Shown one piece after another: positions 63,801-64,000 of a DNA stretch of 64,000 nucleotides. The notes under the pieces are model-generated. The model was not told the origin of the DNA, did not search any database, and worked only from the letters and a program-made list of their open reading frames with translations. The stretch is from the NCBI GenBank assembly GCA_043228905.1, contig JBHGNT010000047.1, positions 124,001 to 188,000 of the forward strand. Direction: 5' to 3'. The stretch comes from Azolla caroliniana (taxonomy: Eukaryota; Plantae; Polypodiophyta). The position numbers and the translations under genes were made by a program. Numbering within the stretch: position 1 is the first letter of the stretch; each line of letters opens with the position of its first letter.

Positions 63801-64000
63801 GATTATGGACCTCAGGTCGAGAGACATGACAAAATTACCAAATTTGAGGTGTGAGTTGAGAAGAGCTAGTAGGTAAATTTAAATGTTCATACCTGGCTCG
63901 TGTCATATCGGATTTATGTGTTCAAACATGCGAATCGAAGCTAACAACACTAGCTATGATATCGAATTAAAAATTCAAGATTTTGAAACTCAGGTCGAGA
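57895..64000 (+). repeat. 1783-bp (10-monomer, +3 bp) higher-order repeat, about 3.4 near-identical copies, open at window end
   Basis: Landmarks 57913/59696/61479/63262 and 58278/60061/61844/63627; each unit has a 4-bp duplication (GCGACTGACTGTG) and a 1-bp deletion (AAGCTAAAACG), giving 1780+3. Confidence 0.93.

Larger units (their letters stand above)
19082..64000 (+). repeat. 178-bp tandem satellite array, right arm (runs off the window end)
   Basis: Same monomer resumes in register immediately after the retrotransposon (GGAGT-AAATTAAAATGTTCATACC) and continues to 64000 with no inversion seen. Confidence 0.98.
42720..64000 (+). repeat. Satellite variant C block (GAGAGGAGCCCTTGAGT / GAGAAGAGCTAGTAGGT, CCTGGCTC)
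   Basis: Diagnostic segments read directly; variant A signature TAGGGCGAATG not seen after about 42640. Confidence 0.85.

Noticed and set aside
36-63876. Dozens of 60-90 aa ORFs such as MKLRSRDM... and MLASIRMFEH...
   Set aside because: Translations of the satellite; 178 is not a multiple of 3, most starts are TTG/GTG, stops vary at random between copies, and there are no recognisable domains.
1-64000. CRISPR-like array or diversity-generating cassette (constant part plus variable segment)
   Set aside because: The variable segments are homologous variants of a few types rather than unique spacers, there are no cas or accessory genes, and the context is plant satellite DNA.
1-64000. Inversions, solo LTRs or additional insertions in the array
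   Set aside because: None seen on reading through; all non-element sequence is satellite-derived and in one orientation. Very small inserts could have been missed.

Overview
Eukaryotic (almost certainly flowering-plant) satellite DNA with the architecture of a centromeric or pericentromeric array. About 58.5 kb is a head-to-tail, single-orientation array of a 178-bp AT-rich satellite (roughly 330 monomers). I do not recognise the family; it does not look like Arabidopsis CEN178 despite the same length. The array is organised into blocks of three monomer variants (A, B, C) and carries nested tandem duplications/higher-order repeats of 356, 712, 890, 1424, 1783, 2216, 2666, 4885 and 8704 bp. 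It is interrupted once by an intact, very young Ty1/copia LTR retrotransposon on the minus strand (13578-19081, 5504 bp): 693-bp LTRs differing at one base, GGAGT target-site duplication, tRNA-iMet PBS, PPT and an uninterrupted 1363-aa Gag-Pol resembling the Tto1/Tnt1 (Tork) lineage. The most unusual signals are the strong CCGG enrichment throughout this element with a CCGG-bracketed tandem array and serial palindromes in its LTR, its position inside a locally duplicated satellite dimer, and a templated 79-bp repair scar copied four times that lets the history of the array be ordered. No host genes are present; the other ORFs are by-products of the repeats.
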